Positions 1-15,611 are shown, counted from the stretch's first letter. The stretch: 64,000 bases of DNA from Octopus vulgaris (GCA_951406725.2 OX597837.1:3782001-3846000); one strand, 5' to 3'. Program-made: numbers and translations. Notes: a model not told the origin generated them from the letters alone.

Positions 1-185
1 GTTCTGACCTCTTCGAACAAAATCTCTTACCGAACTTTGCCATCAATCCTTGCGGGGACTTTAGCAGAAATACCAATTGAACACGATGTAATCAATTTAA
101 CTCTTTACGCGCATTTGCTCGCCTTGTCCTAAAATGTTAAATCAATATTATTTTCATATTTGCCTTTGTGACAGAACGTACCGGT

Positions 186-2085
186 GAATATTATGATTCG
201 GCACATGCTCTTAAACAGTTTCACCATTGATGGTGCTGTTAACATCCAGCTTCACTTAACAGAATGATTGCGAAACCTATCCGAAATCATCTCCCTTATT
301 TGCTACGGAAAAGGGAGTAACACGTTATTAGGAAATTTTGACTGATATGTTTCCAGTTTCCACTACAAATTGTTATTTCTAGCTAACTTTTACATGTCAT
401 GTTGTGTTTGGGGAGGTCCATATTGTCTTAATGCCTTATTATCTAACACACTCACCGGTTCACTTTCCACTCATTATTTATATTTTTTCTTCCAAAATTT
501 TCGTTTCTTTTGCAACCTTGTCAATGGATGTTGTTCTGTCCCTTACTGGAGCAGCTTTTGTATGTCGGTTGCCTCAGATTTGTTTATACCAACTTAATAC
601 TCCATCTGTCTGGTTATATAAGTTACTGTCTCACTAAAAATGATCTCAAGTTAACTTTAAAACATCACATTTATTTATATTTCATAGGTTAAAATAAATT
701 TTATTACTTTTCACACTGGTGCTGTCTGCAGATTATTTTTGCTCTAAACTATTCGACATTCTAAATAAAGTGAAGAAAGTATAAAACCGCTCAAAATTAT
801 TCTTCTGCAAATTCTAATCAGTTATTATAAAGATGTAGAGGCGCAATGGCCCAGTGGTTAGAGCAGCGGACTCGCGGTCGGAGGATCGTGGTTTCGATTC
901 CCAGACCGGGTGTTGTGTGTGTTTATTGAGTGAAAACACCCAAAGCTCTACGAGGCTCCGGCAGGGGGGTGGGGGTGGCGACCCCTGTTGTACTCGTTCA
1001 CTCCAACTTTCTCTCACTCTTTCTTCTTGTTTCTTGAGTAACACTGCGATGGACTGGCGTTCCCTCCAGCTGGGGGGAACACATACACCATGGAAACCGG
1101 GAAGCCGGGCACATGAGCCTGGCTAGGCTTGAAAAGGACGCATAAATAAAAATAAACATTATAAACATAATTATGTGCGTGTATTCATGAATATCAAATA
1201 AACTTTGAAAACATCGCAAATTGTATTTACGTGGATTTATCAACAGTTGAAGAATTGTACGAGTCGAATGAAGATCCACGTGGTTAAGCGACACGGGCAA
1301 AGGTGGGCAAACACGCCAACCTTTATGGAGAAGCGGGCCGCATGAGATATTGTTATCTCATCAGGCAGCATGCACTACTAAAAAATTGAAGGTGATATTT
1401 CGTTAGGCGTGCCGTTCAGAAACACCGCGTATCGCAATATACCCATGATAGTTGTAAGTCAATCTCGAATAGATTTATGATCAAAGCCAATCCAACCATA
1501 ACCACTTCGTCTCAGTCTTTCTTTAAACACTTAGATAGTTCGAGTGCCACGTAAATAAAATCTGAATTGATTTATAAGCTTATTTAATATTCATGAATAC
1601 ACGAACATAATATGTTTATGATAATTGATTAGAATTTTTAGAAGCATAATTTTGAACTGTTTTATATTTTCTTGAGTTTCTTTAGAATGTCAAATGGTTT
1701 AGAAAAGAAAAAAAAATCTACAGATGCCGCCTGTGTGAATAGTAATAAAATGAGCGTTAACCTATAAAATATAAACAGAGGTGATTTTTCAAGTTAACTT
1801 GAAATAATTTTTAGTGAGACAGATAACCAAACGGATAAAATATTAATTTAGTATTATCATATCTGATTCGCCTGGCACTAAAAAGTTAACTAGAAATATT
1901 AACTGATTGTGGAAACAGTGGGAAAATACCAATCAAAATATGTTACTACCACCAATTCTCTCTTTTGTAGCTTCGCACTTATTCTGACCTTTTTAGCAGC
2001 TCTTGTTAAGTCTAACTGGACGTTTAGAACACGTCACCATCAATGGTGAAAATTGTTTGATAACACGTAGCGAATCATAATCTTC
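186..2085. repeat. Old diverged long inverted repeat (arms ~186-1235 and ~1545-2085)
   Basis: The reverse complement of 1545-2085 aligns collinearly with 186-1235, e.g. tcaccattgatggtg / caccatcaatggtga, ctgtctcactaaaaa / tttttagtgagacag, gtgtattcatgaatat / atattcatgaatacac. The left arm is interrupted by a SINE. Confidence 0.8.
838..1156 (+). mobile_element. tRNA-derived SINE, family A (possibly octopus OR-type)
   Basis: Head GAGGCGCAATGGCCCAGTGGTTAGAGC...GTTTCGATTCC has Pol III A/B-box-like motifs, and there is an A-rich tail. Putative TSD attataaa at 824-831 and 1158-1165. Multiple copies in the window. Confidence 0.85.
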
Positions 2086-2620
2086 ATGTGCAGTTTCCGG
2101 CGCAAAAGAGTTATGTTGTACCGAGGAGCCCACATTAGGACAAAATGGTGGTACCCTCAATTACTGAAATGTCTAATAGATGAATTATACAGAAATGTTG
2201 AAATATGTGCTCTTCTATCTTTTTACTCATAGGAAAAAGATCTCTCTATATAAAGAAAAATATAAACCTAGAGTCCATTCTCTCCCCTTGAGAAGAATAT
2301 TCACTCTCTCTCTCTCTCTCTCTCTCAGCTCATAGCAATCACTCAGTCTCTGTTATTCTATAGGCAGCTACAAGCAGCAGCAGCAACAGTAGCAGCAGTA
2401 GGAGTAGTAGCCGCAGCGACAGCAGTAATTTCCAATCAAATAACCACGTGAAAATAACATTAATTTTACTTATATTCAACTTTTCTCTCTCACCACACTA
2501 TTATTCCTTGCTTACCACTTCTTCAAAATAATTTAGTAATAAATTAGTTAACATATACATAGACACACACAACTCCTCTCTTGTGTTCGATATTTCTTCT
2601 ATTTTTATAAATATTCTTTA

Positions 2621-2969
2621 CTAGCAGTATTGCCCGGCGTTGCTCGTAAAAATTGTGCATTATGTAGCTTGTTATTCTCTTTAAGTGAGCATTTTTCTGG
2701 TTGAAATACACCGAAAAATGGCGACACAGCAGTCAAAAAATCGTATAAAAAATAGGGATTTTTATAGAAAAAAAGCACCTTTTTGATGTAACTAATTTTT
2801 GGTGTTAACATGATCCGATTTGAATTTTTCTTCTACGGAAGGACGAGCAAGCCTTCTATCATACTCTCAATTTTGGTCAACTTGCGCTGCAGGGTTTTGA
2901 AGGAGATAGTGTTAGTTGAAGGCTATCAAACCTGCCATACACAGACAACTTCAGCTTTATATATATAGA
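2621..2969 (-). mobile_element. Non-autonomous Helitron, complete termini
   Basis: On the minus strand it starts TCtatatatataaagctg and ends cgagcaacgccgggcaatactgCTAG, inserted between A and T. The same 3' end occurs at 21947 and 22792. Confidence 0.85.
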
Positions 2970-3439
2970 TTTGTAAAAGTGTTGTAACTTTTGAAAAGTT
3001 AATATTTAGCTTTGTAGAAGAATAGAACTTCTACATTGAGGGATAGATTTTAAAATCAGCCAGTGATTTTCATCGTAAACCAGGGTCTCTCCAAAGGCAT
3101 CTTCGGTCTTCGATCCCATTATCTCGCTATAGAAATCCGCAGTGGAACTCTTGTTGCCTCTCTACCGTTTTTGCTGTATAGAAATGCCTAATTTTTGGAA
3201 AAACAAATCATTTTTTTAATTTGCTCTCTGTATATTTGATATTGATCGATGGCAATATTTCTCAAAGTAAAATCGTAGAAACCTCTCAATTTGTATTTAA
3301 ACCAACAAATATATGTCTACTTATTGAGAAATATTATTTTTGCAATAACAATCAGACACAAAGTCTTTAAAAACCAAGACCAACAAGTATCTTCATCAAT
3401 TCATTAAATAAACTAACAGCAGAAATAAAACTTCCTTGA

Positions 3440-5049
3440 ACATATGAACTATGGTAAAACTTTTCTCTTTTTTGATTGTCCGTCATGTTCAATGTTATTT
3501 AAGTCTCTTTTGATACCGCAGCAGTAGCCAGCCATCATTCATTTGTTCCACCGTTCCTGGTAGCGCTCTTCCATTGTTTTCATATCCTGATGGAATCGTT
3601 CTCCTTGCTCATCACTCACATCGCCGCAATTATCCGATGATGGCTATGTAAAAAAATGAACTTTAATACTCCTATTAGCGCCTATGTTCTGTAGACTTTC
3701 CAACAGCTTTTCCACTAACCTCTTGTAGTTTTCCGCCTACTGACTGCCTAAGACGTCTTTCACCACATCAACAAACAATGTCCAAGCGCGTAATTCCAAG
3801 TCATTCCTTGAATTAACAAGTTCATCATCCTTAATGAGTTTCCTGATATCAGGACCATCAAACACTCCTGTTTTGAGTTTTTCGGTGTTAAGTCCTGGAA
3901 ACGATTTACATATATACTCAAAACATTTACTTTCTTTGTCGAATGATTTTACATATTGTTTCATTAATCCCAGTTTCATATGCAAGGGAGGTGATTTTTC
4001 TTTCGGAACTAGTGCTGCACTAATAACGTTGTTTTCTATAACCTTCAACTCACAGGGTTGCCAATCTTTCCTTTTCTAGTGCTCCGCTTTTGCCCTACTG
4101 TCCCACATACACAAAAAACACGGGAATTTCGTGTAGTCACTTTGTTGACCAAGCAGGAAATTTACCATTTTCAAATCGACACATAACACCTATTTATGTT
4201 TGGTGTAGTCAATCTGTTCCATAACCTCTTTGATGGCATCATGTTTTTCTTTCAGTGTTGTTGAATGACCTATAGGTATTGGTGCATACATGTTGGTATC
4301 ATGGAGCAAAACGCATTTCAAACTACGTTTCGAACTATCAATGAACAATCTCCATTCATCAGGATCGTATTTGTGGACGCCTAATCGAAGAAAAACGCTC
4401 TCAACGTCATTGCAATAAACAAGATTCGTGGTCTCCTTAAAAAGTAGTACAAATTTAGAATCTCTAGTCTTTTGTTGAGCCTAGAGGCCATAAGTTCTGC
4501 TGATTCTTTGCTTAGATTTAAGTTTCGAAGCAAATCATTCAGCTCTTTTTGGTTAAACGGTTCTGGCATGGTTTCAGGGTCATTTTCACTGTCTCTCTCA
4601 TTTACATTAGTATCAGACTTGTCACTTTTAATAAGTTTCAACAAATTTTCGTGAAAAAACTGGGATTGGCAAATCATATGAATGTGACACTGACCGAATA
4701 GCGGAATGAAGATTAGGATGGTCGATAGATTTGTGTTTCTTTTGGTTCAGTCCCGCAATACTGACTGAGCACAAGCAACATTCGTCAGAGTGGCTCTTTG
4801 GCTCACGCCAGATCATAGGAATAGCGAATCTCAGCGATTTTCGGGTACCTGAAGTCGGCTGTTTTATGTGTTCCAAACATGGTTTGCAAACAATGTGAGG
4901 GGCCCATGATTTGTCCTGATCACCAAGCTCGACGTGAAAGGAAACACTATAGGCTTTCTAGTAAAAGTCAGATATCGGTTTCCTGTATACTCACCGCATG
5001 TACAGCAAAATAAGTTGGGATCATTTTTGCCTCCTCTCGTTGAAGCCAT
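3440..5049 (-). pseudogene. Decayed DNA transposase, Chapaev3 (CMC)-like
   Basis: Fragmented frames give NDPNLFCCTCGEY, IWREPKSHSDECCLC, PPLHMKLGLMKQYVK, GVFDGPDIR and GDVSDEQGERFHQDMKTMEERYQ, with several stops and frameshifts. Family assigned from recalled motifs. TIRs not located. Confidence 0.8.
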
Positions 5050-5557
5050 GACATTTGATATCTACCTCTATGATTAAAAAAGAACACGAGTTGGTTGAGC
5101 ATTTACATTACACTTTGCGTGTTCACATTTAGGTAATATGATCTTTCGAAATGTCCTACAGAAATACTCGAAAAACTGTCAATAACAAAAGACGGAAGGA
5201 GTCATTATGCTGATTCTACTTCGAATCTTCGTAATCCCGCGTGGGGGGGCAGATGTTATGGTGAAACCATTTTCATGATGTTCATCATGTACAACAGAAT
5301 CGGTGCATTAAATTCGGATGTCTTTAGTTGGATTTTTTCCATCTGTGAAAACAAAAGCTCTTAATGTACTTGGTTTCCTTCCGTATTGAAGGGATAAAAG
5401 TGATGCGATAAATTTATGAATAAAATTGTATAAAATTGAAAATTCTCTTATCTTATTGAAAAAGTATGACTGATGGGATAGTCACTTATAACATTAAAAA
5501 TAGTTTAAAAGGTAAAATTGAATTAATATATAATGGGAGGTAAAATAGTAATTATTA

Positions 5558-5631
<74 letters not shown>

Positions 5632-5782
5632 AGATATGTTTCTTTTTCTAACTTATCTTAGATAAAATTGCTGATGATATGAATTATTTAAATAAAGCTT
5701 ATTGTCATAAAAAATAATAATAACAGATAAAGTATTCCTTATTCAGACATCAAGGGAAGTGTCTCACTATCTATACACATAC

Positions 5783-5837
<55 letters not shown>

Positions 5838-5849
5838 GTATATATATTA

Positions 5850-5890
<41 letters not shown>
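5558..5890. repeat. (CA)n and (TA)n microsatellites
   Basis: Directly visible. Confidence 0.9.
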
Positions 5891-5893
<3 letters not shown>

Positions 5894-6720
5894 AAAAATG
5901 GTAAATAATTTTCCTGTGGTTTTTCATGTAACCAACAGTTATTTACCGGTAAATTTCGGTATGTAAATACGACAAATTAATTGTCAGGACCTTTGTAAGG
6001 TTCAGTATATAGTAAAGAAAAAATAAGATGGCTAGCAGCAGGCTGTTTCGCCTCATACCGAAGGAATTAGAAATGGCAGTCAAAGACCGTTTTTCCATTT
6101 TCTATAAGTGGAGAATCCAAAAACGAAGGCCCTTACGGCTCACATACACAAAACCGGAGTGGCAAATATACGAAATCAGTCACTTACCGTTAATAGCGAA
6201 CACGTGTTTCTGGATCGCAAACATAGAAATTAGTTTGAATTCCGTCATCGGCGCTATATTCGATAGCTTTACCAAATGCCACCAGCCCTCACTTCTGACC
6301 CAGCGATATCAGATAGTGGGGGGAAGAGCGCAGATGTTAAAACTAAGTAGCGACTGGGAACGTAAATTTTCCCTCCAAAATTCTGCCATGCGCGCTTTCT
6401 GGGTAATCGTAATGGAATGAGGAATCCACATGGTAATGCAATAAAAATGGTAAATAATTTTCCTGTGGTTTTTCATGTAACCAACAATTATTTACCGGTA
6501 AATTTCGGTATGTAAATACGACAAATTAATTGTCAGGACCTTTGTAAGGTAAGTGACTGATTTCGTATATTTGCCACTCCGGTTTTGTGTATGTGAGCCG
6601 TAAGGGCCTTCGTTTTTGGATTCTCCACTTATAGAAAATGGAAAAACGGTCTTTGACTGCCATTTCTAATTCCTTCGGTATGAGGCGAAACAGCCTGCTG
6701 CTAGCTATCTTATTTTTTCT

Positions 6721-6721
<1 letters not shown>
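5890..6721. mobile_element. Penelope-like pLTR remnant with A-B-C-A-B(inverted) structure
   Basis: 5890-6000 repeats directly at 6440-6549, and 6017-6188 repeats inverted at 6548-6720. Flanked by (TA)n. Degenerate hammerhead-like GAA-ATTTACCGGTAAAT-A on the minus strand. Confidence 0.6.
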
Positions 6722-6751
<30 letters not shown>

Positions 6752-6780
6752 TTATATATATATGTATGTATATATATATC

Positions 6781-7000
6781 CAATGGAGATGTATTTCATA
6801 GACATGCGCACCACTACGATATAACCTTATTTAAACATGGATATAAAAATAAAATAGAATACTGTAAACATGATAATATTAATAATATAAACATAACTAA
6901 ATATAAAAGAAACCTGAAAAAATGTTCACATAAAATATTAGCATAAAACTAGAAACCAGAACATATATAAACATGAAATAGATATTCATTATGAAGATAA
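6781..7000 (+). pseudogene. Possible degraded Penelope (Neptune-like) RT C-terminal fragment
   Basis: NGDVFHRHAHHYDITLFKHGYKNKIEY resembles the recalled Neptune motif IF...A..Y..AL..SGY...L.Y. Confidence 0.35.
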
Positions 7001-7552
7001 GACTATTGAAAGCAAAATTAATATCACTAAGCATCAAAATGGAATAGATAACACTACATCAAATAATAAACCTAAAATAAAAAAATAAAAAATTAATTTG
7101 CAATTAATATTATAATGATAATCAAGCATCCAATAAAAATTATGAGCACACGAACTCAACTAAACATATTAAATCCAAAATAGAACATAATACAACTTTA
7201 ATTAATAATAACACTGATAAATCCAATAAAATTTGGTTAATTATTTCATGGGCTATGCAAATCAAAAATAATACAATTGATTCAATATTCAAGGTTATCC
7301 ATAAACATTTTAATACCAATAATAAATATAATGAAATAATTAACAATAAAACCGTTAATATTGGATTTAACCTAGCCATAACTTATTTACTATTATAACT
7401 TCCATAAGTAATAGAAATATTATAACTTCCATAAATAATAGTAATATTATAAATAATAGATAAATTCTACTTAAATTGAAACACCCATAGTAATAACCAT
7501 ATTAACTCCACTGGGCTTAATATGCTCCTTACTAGCTGATATATATACTGCA

Positions 7553-7979
7553 TACTCTCTTTTACTCTTTTACTTGTTTCAGTCATTTGACTGCGGCCAT
7601 GCTGGAGCACCGCCTTTAGTCGAGCAAATCGACCCCAGGACTTATTCTTTGTAAGCCCAGCACTTATTCTATCGGTCTCTTTTGCCGAACCGTTAAGTGA
7701 CGGGGGCGTAAACACACCAGCATCGGTTGTCAAGCAATGCTAGGGGGACAAACACAGACACACAAACACATACATATATATATATACATATATACGACAG
7801 GCTTCTTTCAGATTCCGTCTACCAAATCCACTCACAAGGCATTGGTCGGCCCGGGGCTATAGCAGAAGACACTTGCCCAAGATGCCACGGAGTGGGTCTG
7901 AAACCGGAACCATGTGGTTGGTTAGCAAGCAACCATGTGTTTGATTAGTAAGCTACTTACCACACAACCACTCCTGCGC
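7553..7979 (-). mobile_element. SINE family B (abundant, internal (TA)n(TG)n)
   Basis: Minus strand gcgcaggagtggttgtgtggtaag head through the gcatggccgcagtcaaatgactgaaacaagtaaaagag tail; more than 10 copies in the window. Confidence 0.9.
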
Positions 7980-7984
7980 ATGTT

Positions 7985-8112
<128 letters not shown>

Positions 8113-8752
8113 TCTGTATAAAAAGATGAAGGTTCGTTCTGATTATGATCAGCATTTTATTTTATGCTTTATCTATCTCTCAAATTAATTCCCTCAATTT
8201 TATAAACAAATTATAAAAGTATTCATTTATTTATTCTCTCATTCATATGATACTATTATTCCCTGTTTATACTCATTATCTTACTTTTATTTATTTATTT
8301 ACCAATTATTATTCTGTTTTTATCCACACTATCCATTACCAACTAATATTACCTTATACCCATGGCCTAGGTTTATATTCCTATTTGTAATTAAATGATA
8401 TTCAGTCTGTTAAAATAATTTGGAAATATAACATCTGATAACATAACTGTATGCCTCTTTCTACTCCTTTGATGCGATTTTGCCCAATACAATGATTTAA
8501 TAACTAGAATTTGATCTGTGTCCAAAATCGAAATAGCTTAAGAGAATATGTTGAATTTTTGCAGTCAATAAATTATGTTAATGCTACATCTTCATTTTCT
8601 GAATTTAAATTTGAATATTCATAAACTTAGATTTATACTTAATCCTATTATTTATGAATATTACTATTTACAAAAGAATAATTACAATGAACCAGTTATT
8701 CATTGGATGTTTTTATCACTAGATGAAACAATTTTAACCCTTATATATATAT

Positions 8753-8824
<72 letters not shown>

Positions 8825-8980
8825 GAATAGAGTGAAAAAACTACAGAAGGCTTGTTTTATAAGGTTAAAGAATATATTTAAGTCGTTATGTTAGAAGAAT
8901 GTTATAAAATGTTTCATACAGTAACATAGTTTTTGAAGAAATTACCGGTTTCGTGTTTTTCAAATTTCTCAAATGTTTTT

Positions 8981-9083
<103 letters not shown>

Positions 9084-9110
9084 CATATATTTGTATATGT
9101 ATACGTATTT

Positions 9111-9171
<61 letters not shown>

Positions 9172-9269
9172 AATATATATATATGGACGGGAAAAGTGAG
9201 AAGATGGCGCTATATTTCCCGTCGAAGGGAAAACGTGTCCGAGTCTACAACGAGACAAAGCTGCAGGAA

Positions 9270-9329
<60 letters not shown>

Positions 9330-9704
9330 ATAAGGGTAGAAATTGATATTAACCAATTAAACCAGTGGCCTAGCATATTTTTAAAATGTAAGCATAGCAC
9401 GTCACGAAACGTGTACAAAAACAGAGTACGAAGCATGAGTACATGGAACATGAACTATTCTTTCGAACAACGAAAGACACAAATGGAAAACAAACGACAT
9501 AAAGAAAGACCCTTCATCAGTTGTTGGCTGTTTTTCTAGTCTCGTATTTCGAGCATTTAACAACAATATACACTTTCGATAAAACAGCTGCTCTCGCAAA
9601 GCAAAGTAGTCCATCTTGCGTAGGCCGTGAAAAATGAACATCACTTGGTCACATTCCATGAGATATCTTGGTCAGCGTATGAACTTTTCAGTCCTATCTC
9701 TCTG

Positions 9705-9799
<95 letters not shown>
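9705..9799. repeat. (TATC)n, 5' flank of LINE
   Basis: Directly visible. Confidence 0.95.
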
Positions 9800-9800
<1 letters not shown>

Positions 9801-11068
9801 GTCAACACCCGTTAAAAGGAGGGCTGGGCATGCCGTGGTTGATGATGCGCAGACACGCGCTGAGACTGCGACATCTCCGGTTCTATGTAGACGACGGTGA
9901 ACAGGTGTGGTCGCCGTTTGTGAGGCACGCATTCCCGCAACTCGTCTCCATGACCGAACCGCAGTCGTGGATCAAAAAGTGGCCGAGGAAGGGCGAATGG
10001 CACTGCGAGTGTCGCGTTGCTCTGAAGCAACTCTACCGTCCAGGGTCGACCTTGAGTGACTTCAACACAACCAAAGGGGATTAGTGGAGGGGAGGTACGA
10101 CGACGATCTCGGGGCAAACCTGGGCGTCGACGAGGAATACCTGACCCGCCTGTTTCAAACGACTTTCGGCCCGGGACCTATGGACAACTTCCAGAGATTC
10201 CTGGCCTGGCGGTGCTACCGAGAAGCGCTACCCGTTCGGGATAAGCTCTATAGGCATGGCTCGAGAAACACGGGGCCGACCTGCCCGAGATGCGGGCAGA
10301 GCGACGAAACCGCTCTGCACGCAATCGTACAGTGTCCAGCAATTTCCGGCCTGTGGGCTTATGTCGAACGACTGCTGTCACGTATGGGACGTGCCGGTCT
10401 ATCAGCCGAGTCTATCGTTAATATCGTCACGCCTCCTTCCTTCAAACGGGAAGGAAGAGCTATTTTTATCATACTTGTGGCTATGGCGAAAGAATGTATC
10501 TGGTGGACGCGCCTGAAAGGATTAGAGACAAACACTTTCCTCTCTGGTCAATCTCTCATCAACTTCTTCAAGTATCACTTGAAGAGGAAAGTGAGAGTAG
10601 AGAGGCAAGTTTTGTCTAGTGAATGTTTTAAAAAAAGATGGGTGAATGTAGCAAGGATGGCACGTATGAATGACGAAGCCACCTTGACTATGATTCTATG
10701 AACCGTAAAAATTAATACAGAGAGTTGCTTATTTGCAAAAAAAAAAAAAAAGAAATATAACATGTGACTTCATTGACCGACGTTACCGTGGACTTTTCCG
10801 TAGGCTTTTCTTTCCACGGGTAAACCTCACCTGTCCTCCCCTTTACACTCCATATTGACATTTCTGTGATAACGATCCCTATTATTCATTTTTTTTTTTG
10901 CTCTCTCCCCCCTTTTTTTAACCCCTCCCTTTTTTTGTCCTTTTTCTTTCCTTTTACGATCCCTTTTGATCGAAAACCACCACTCCCTTTTTTTTTTACC
11001 CCCAAAAGAAAAGCTCTACCTTGTAATTTGTTCTACCTGTGTGCAGCCCTGTGTGGCTAATAAAGAAA
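9800..11068 (+). mobile_element. 5'-truncated Tx1/L1-clade non-LTR retrotransposon
   Basis: Frame from 9800 reads CQHPLKGGLGMP (post-RT GGLG motif). After a frameshift near 10080, zf-RVT motifs LAWRCYREALPV and CPRCGQSDETALHAIVQC follow, with stop at 10701. The 3' UTR with AATAAA runs into (TATC)n. Confidence 0.85.
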
Positions 11069-11446
<378 letters not shown>

Positions 11447-11845
11447 ATGCTGAATGAGCGATATTATCTGTGGAATACTATGTCAAACAAATGCGGTCGT
11501 TCAACTCTTTGTATGTAAGATGGCGCTACAATGTCGATCTGTTGTTACCTTCGGAATGATTGATTGCTTTCGTAATATCAATATTATTTCAACTGATGCT
11601 GTTCAATAACTATGAATGATGAAACTGAACTGTTAGAAGGGAACACGTTGCTCACTGCTAATATTGCATTTGTTGTTGTTGGTTTTCGACAAATAGTTGT
11701 AGTAGTAGCGGTGGTGGTGGTCGCTGTCTTTGTAATAGTTGCTGTAATGGGGAATAGTAGTTTTAGTAGTACTAGAAGTAGAATAGTAGGTGTAGTATTA
11801 ATAGTAGAAGTAACTGCTTCTCTTGGTCAGGATTACCTGAATGTC

Positions 11846-11881
11846 ATAGTAGTAGTAGTAGTAGTAATAATAATAATAATG

Positions 11882-11948
<67 letters not shown>

Positions 11949-11961
11949 CAACAACAACAAC

Positions 11962-11998
<37 letters not shown>

Positions 11999-12018
11999 TT
12001 GATAATAATAGTAATGAC

Positions 12019-12107
<89 letters not shown>

Positions 12108-12112
12108 TGATA

Positions 12113-12162
<50 letters not shown>

Positions 12163-12169
12163 GATGATG

Positions 12170-12218
<49 letters not shown>

Positions 12219-12226
12219 TGATGATA

Positions 12227-12270
<44 letters not shown>

Positions 12271-12277
12271 GATGATG

Positions 12278-12332
<55 letters not shown>

Positions 12333-12340
12333 TGATGATA

Positions 12341-12396
<56 letters not shown>

Positions 12397-12403
12397 GATG
12401 ATG

Positions 12404-12464
<61 letters not shown>

Positions 12465-12472
12465 TGATGATA

Positions 12473-12519
<47 letters not shown>

Positions 12520-12523
12520 GATG

Positions 12524-12563
<40 letters not shown>
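11846..12563. repeat. Compound (AAT)n/(GAT)n trinucleotide array with higher-order unit
   Basis: A block of (AAT)n-(GAT)n-AAT-(GAT)n-GAA-GAT repeats 4 times. Confidence 0.9.
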
Positions 12564-12564
<1 letters not shown>

Positions 12565-12888
12565 CAACAGTCAACGGCCAGGAGCATTTATTTCATTTAG
12601 CGAACTCCTGCTGTTAGCTGTAGTCCTGGCGTATGCAAATGAGACATTCAGATGTCGGCAAACCAACCTGGCTTATTGGTATGGGAATGTCGTCCCACTG
12701 GTGACAACGGCGATTGTGATGACGATTACGATGAGACGACGACGATGACGACGATGATGATGATGGTGTAGGATTCTGATGATGGTTCTGGCAAAACCAC
12801 ATAATTAATGAAGACAATAAAAAGACAACTCAAGAACACTTAGCCAAATCATCACAGAACGAAGATTAAAAGAAACATGCCACATTCA

Positions 12889-13185
12889 GGCGCAGGAGTG
12901 GCTGTGTGGTAAGTAGCTTGTTTACCAACCACATGGTTCCGGGTTCGGTTCCACTGCGTGGCACCTAGGGCAAGTGTCTTCTACTATAGCCTCGGGCGGA
13001 CCAAAGCCTTGTGAGTGGATTTGGTAGACGGAAACTGAAAGAAGCCCGTTACTTGGCGGTTCGGCAAAAGAGACCGAAAGAATAGGTACTGGGCTTACAA
13101 AAGAATAAGTCCCGCGGTCGAGTTGCTCGATTAAAGGCGGTGCTCCAGCATGGCCGCAGTCAAATGACTGAAACAAGTAAAAGAG
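12889..13185 (+). mobile_element. SINE family B, internally deleted
   Basis: Head and tail match family B; the central microsatellite segment is missing (junction gaagcccg|ttacttggcggttc). Confidence 0.9.
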
Positions 13186-13674
13186 AAGCCGACCATAAAC
13201 TGCATGGTGCAAGACATTCATAACTAATATGAGAAAGAGGGAGGCCCATATTGCATGATCAGAACCAGAGAAACCACAACAAACAAAAACGAAAGGGGCC
13301 AACTTGCCCAATGTGTTCAAGGGTACAGGAGATACTGAGACTGGCACCCATTCTAAAATGCTAGCCAAAAGCCATCACATGGTTTAACCCCACCAATTTA
13401 TCATTGGTTGGCTTAGATTTAGCAGAATAGAATTCATTGGCAGAATTCGTGTCAGCTCTTTGGCCTGAGGATATCTTACTCTCAAACTCACAACAGAATC
13501 AGAAGCTAGCTACGGGATCACGTGTGCATCCTTTCCTGCTCAGATTGAGTGGAAAGTAAACAGAATCTGCCGAAAGCTCTTTTAATTGGCTGTGCTTGTT
13601 GTTAGATGGATGATACGATCTGACAGATATTTCATACAGACAATAGCGTTGGATATGATAACTGACAACCTGTT

Positions 13675-14820
<1,146 letters not shown>

Positions 14821-15324
14821 CGATTTTCTTTTCACGCAGTCGATACGAAAGTGATTAACACTTGACTGTGTTGTGTAATATCTTTTCTTGATCATAAGCA
14901 ATACAAAGGTGTAGCAAGATCGAAATTCACGACGGCGGAAATAAGAACACAGATGTTTTGTGCAAGTCAAGTTTCAGTTACGACTGATAAGTGTGGTAAT
15001 CATTTTTTGGTGTGAAATCGGTTTCACACGAAGAGAGATTAATCCATTGTTGACGAGAGGACATGGTATGTTTTTTTTTCTTTCTAATAACAGAAGTTTG
15101 AACACCAAAAACATCGACGATGTTATTTGGTTTTGAAATTTTGGGAAATGGAATTCGTATTTTAGAAATACGAATCTCTGAGTGTAGTGTCACTTATATT
15201 AACTTGTGCAAAGTTACTCTCTATGGATATTGGCCTGTACGATCGATTCTATACGTGTTTTATTATATATTCCAAATATATTAAAATGATCGAACTGAAC
15301 GATATCTATTTATCTATCGATCGA

Positions 15325-15356
<32 letters not shown>

Positions 15357-15365
15357 TCTATCACC

Positions 15366-15543
15366 TTGACGGGACGCCTGTCTGTCGCAGGAACACTCAA
15401 TTTTGCCAGCTGAGTGGACTGGATCAACGTAAAAATGAAGTGTTTTGCTTAAGAACACAACGCATCGCCCGGTGCAGGAATCGAAACCACAACCTTACGA
15501 TCATGAATCCAACACCCTAACCACTAAGCGACGCGCCTGCACA
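15366..15543 (-). mobile_element. Diverged tRNA-derived SINE related to family A
   Basis: Minus strand gcaggcgcgtcgcttagtggttaggg...gtttcgattcctgcaccgggcg. Confidence 0.7.
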
Positions 15544-15611
15544 CTAAAGAAATAAGATGCTACAAAATAACACAAAAACATATAATGAATTTATTTCCCA
15601 ATTCTGTCACA

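Noticed and set aside
838-912. tRNA gene
   Set aside because: The tRNA-like head continues into a SINE body, is multi-copy, and has no proper acceptor stem
6028-6420. 130-aa ORF duplicated on the opposite strand
   Set aside because: Explained by the inverted duplication of a repeat module; no recognisable protein
9500-9560. Permuted (type II) hammerhead: GAAA upstream of CTGATGA on the minus strand (also 30535-30585)
   Set aside because: I could not build consistent stems I-III in either copy
11612-12748. 378-aa ORF
   Set aside because: Translation of an (AAT)/(GAT) microsatellite; no domain
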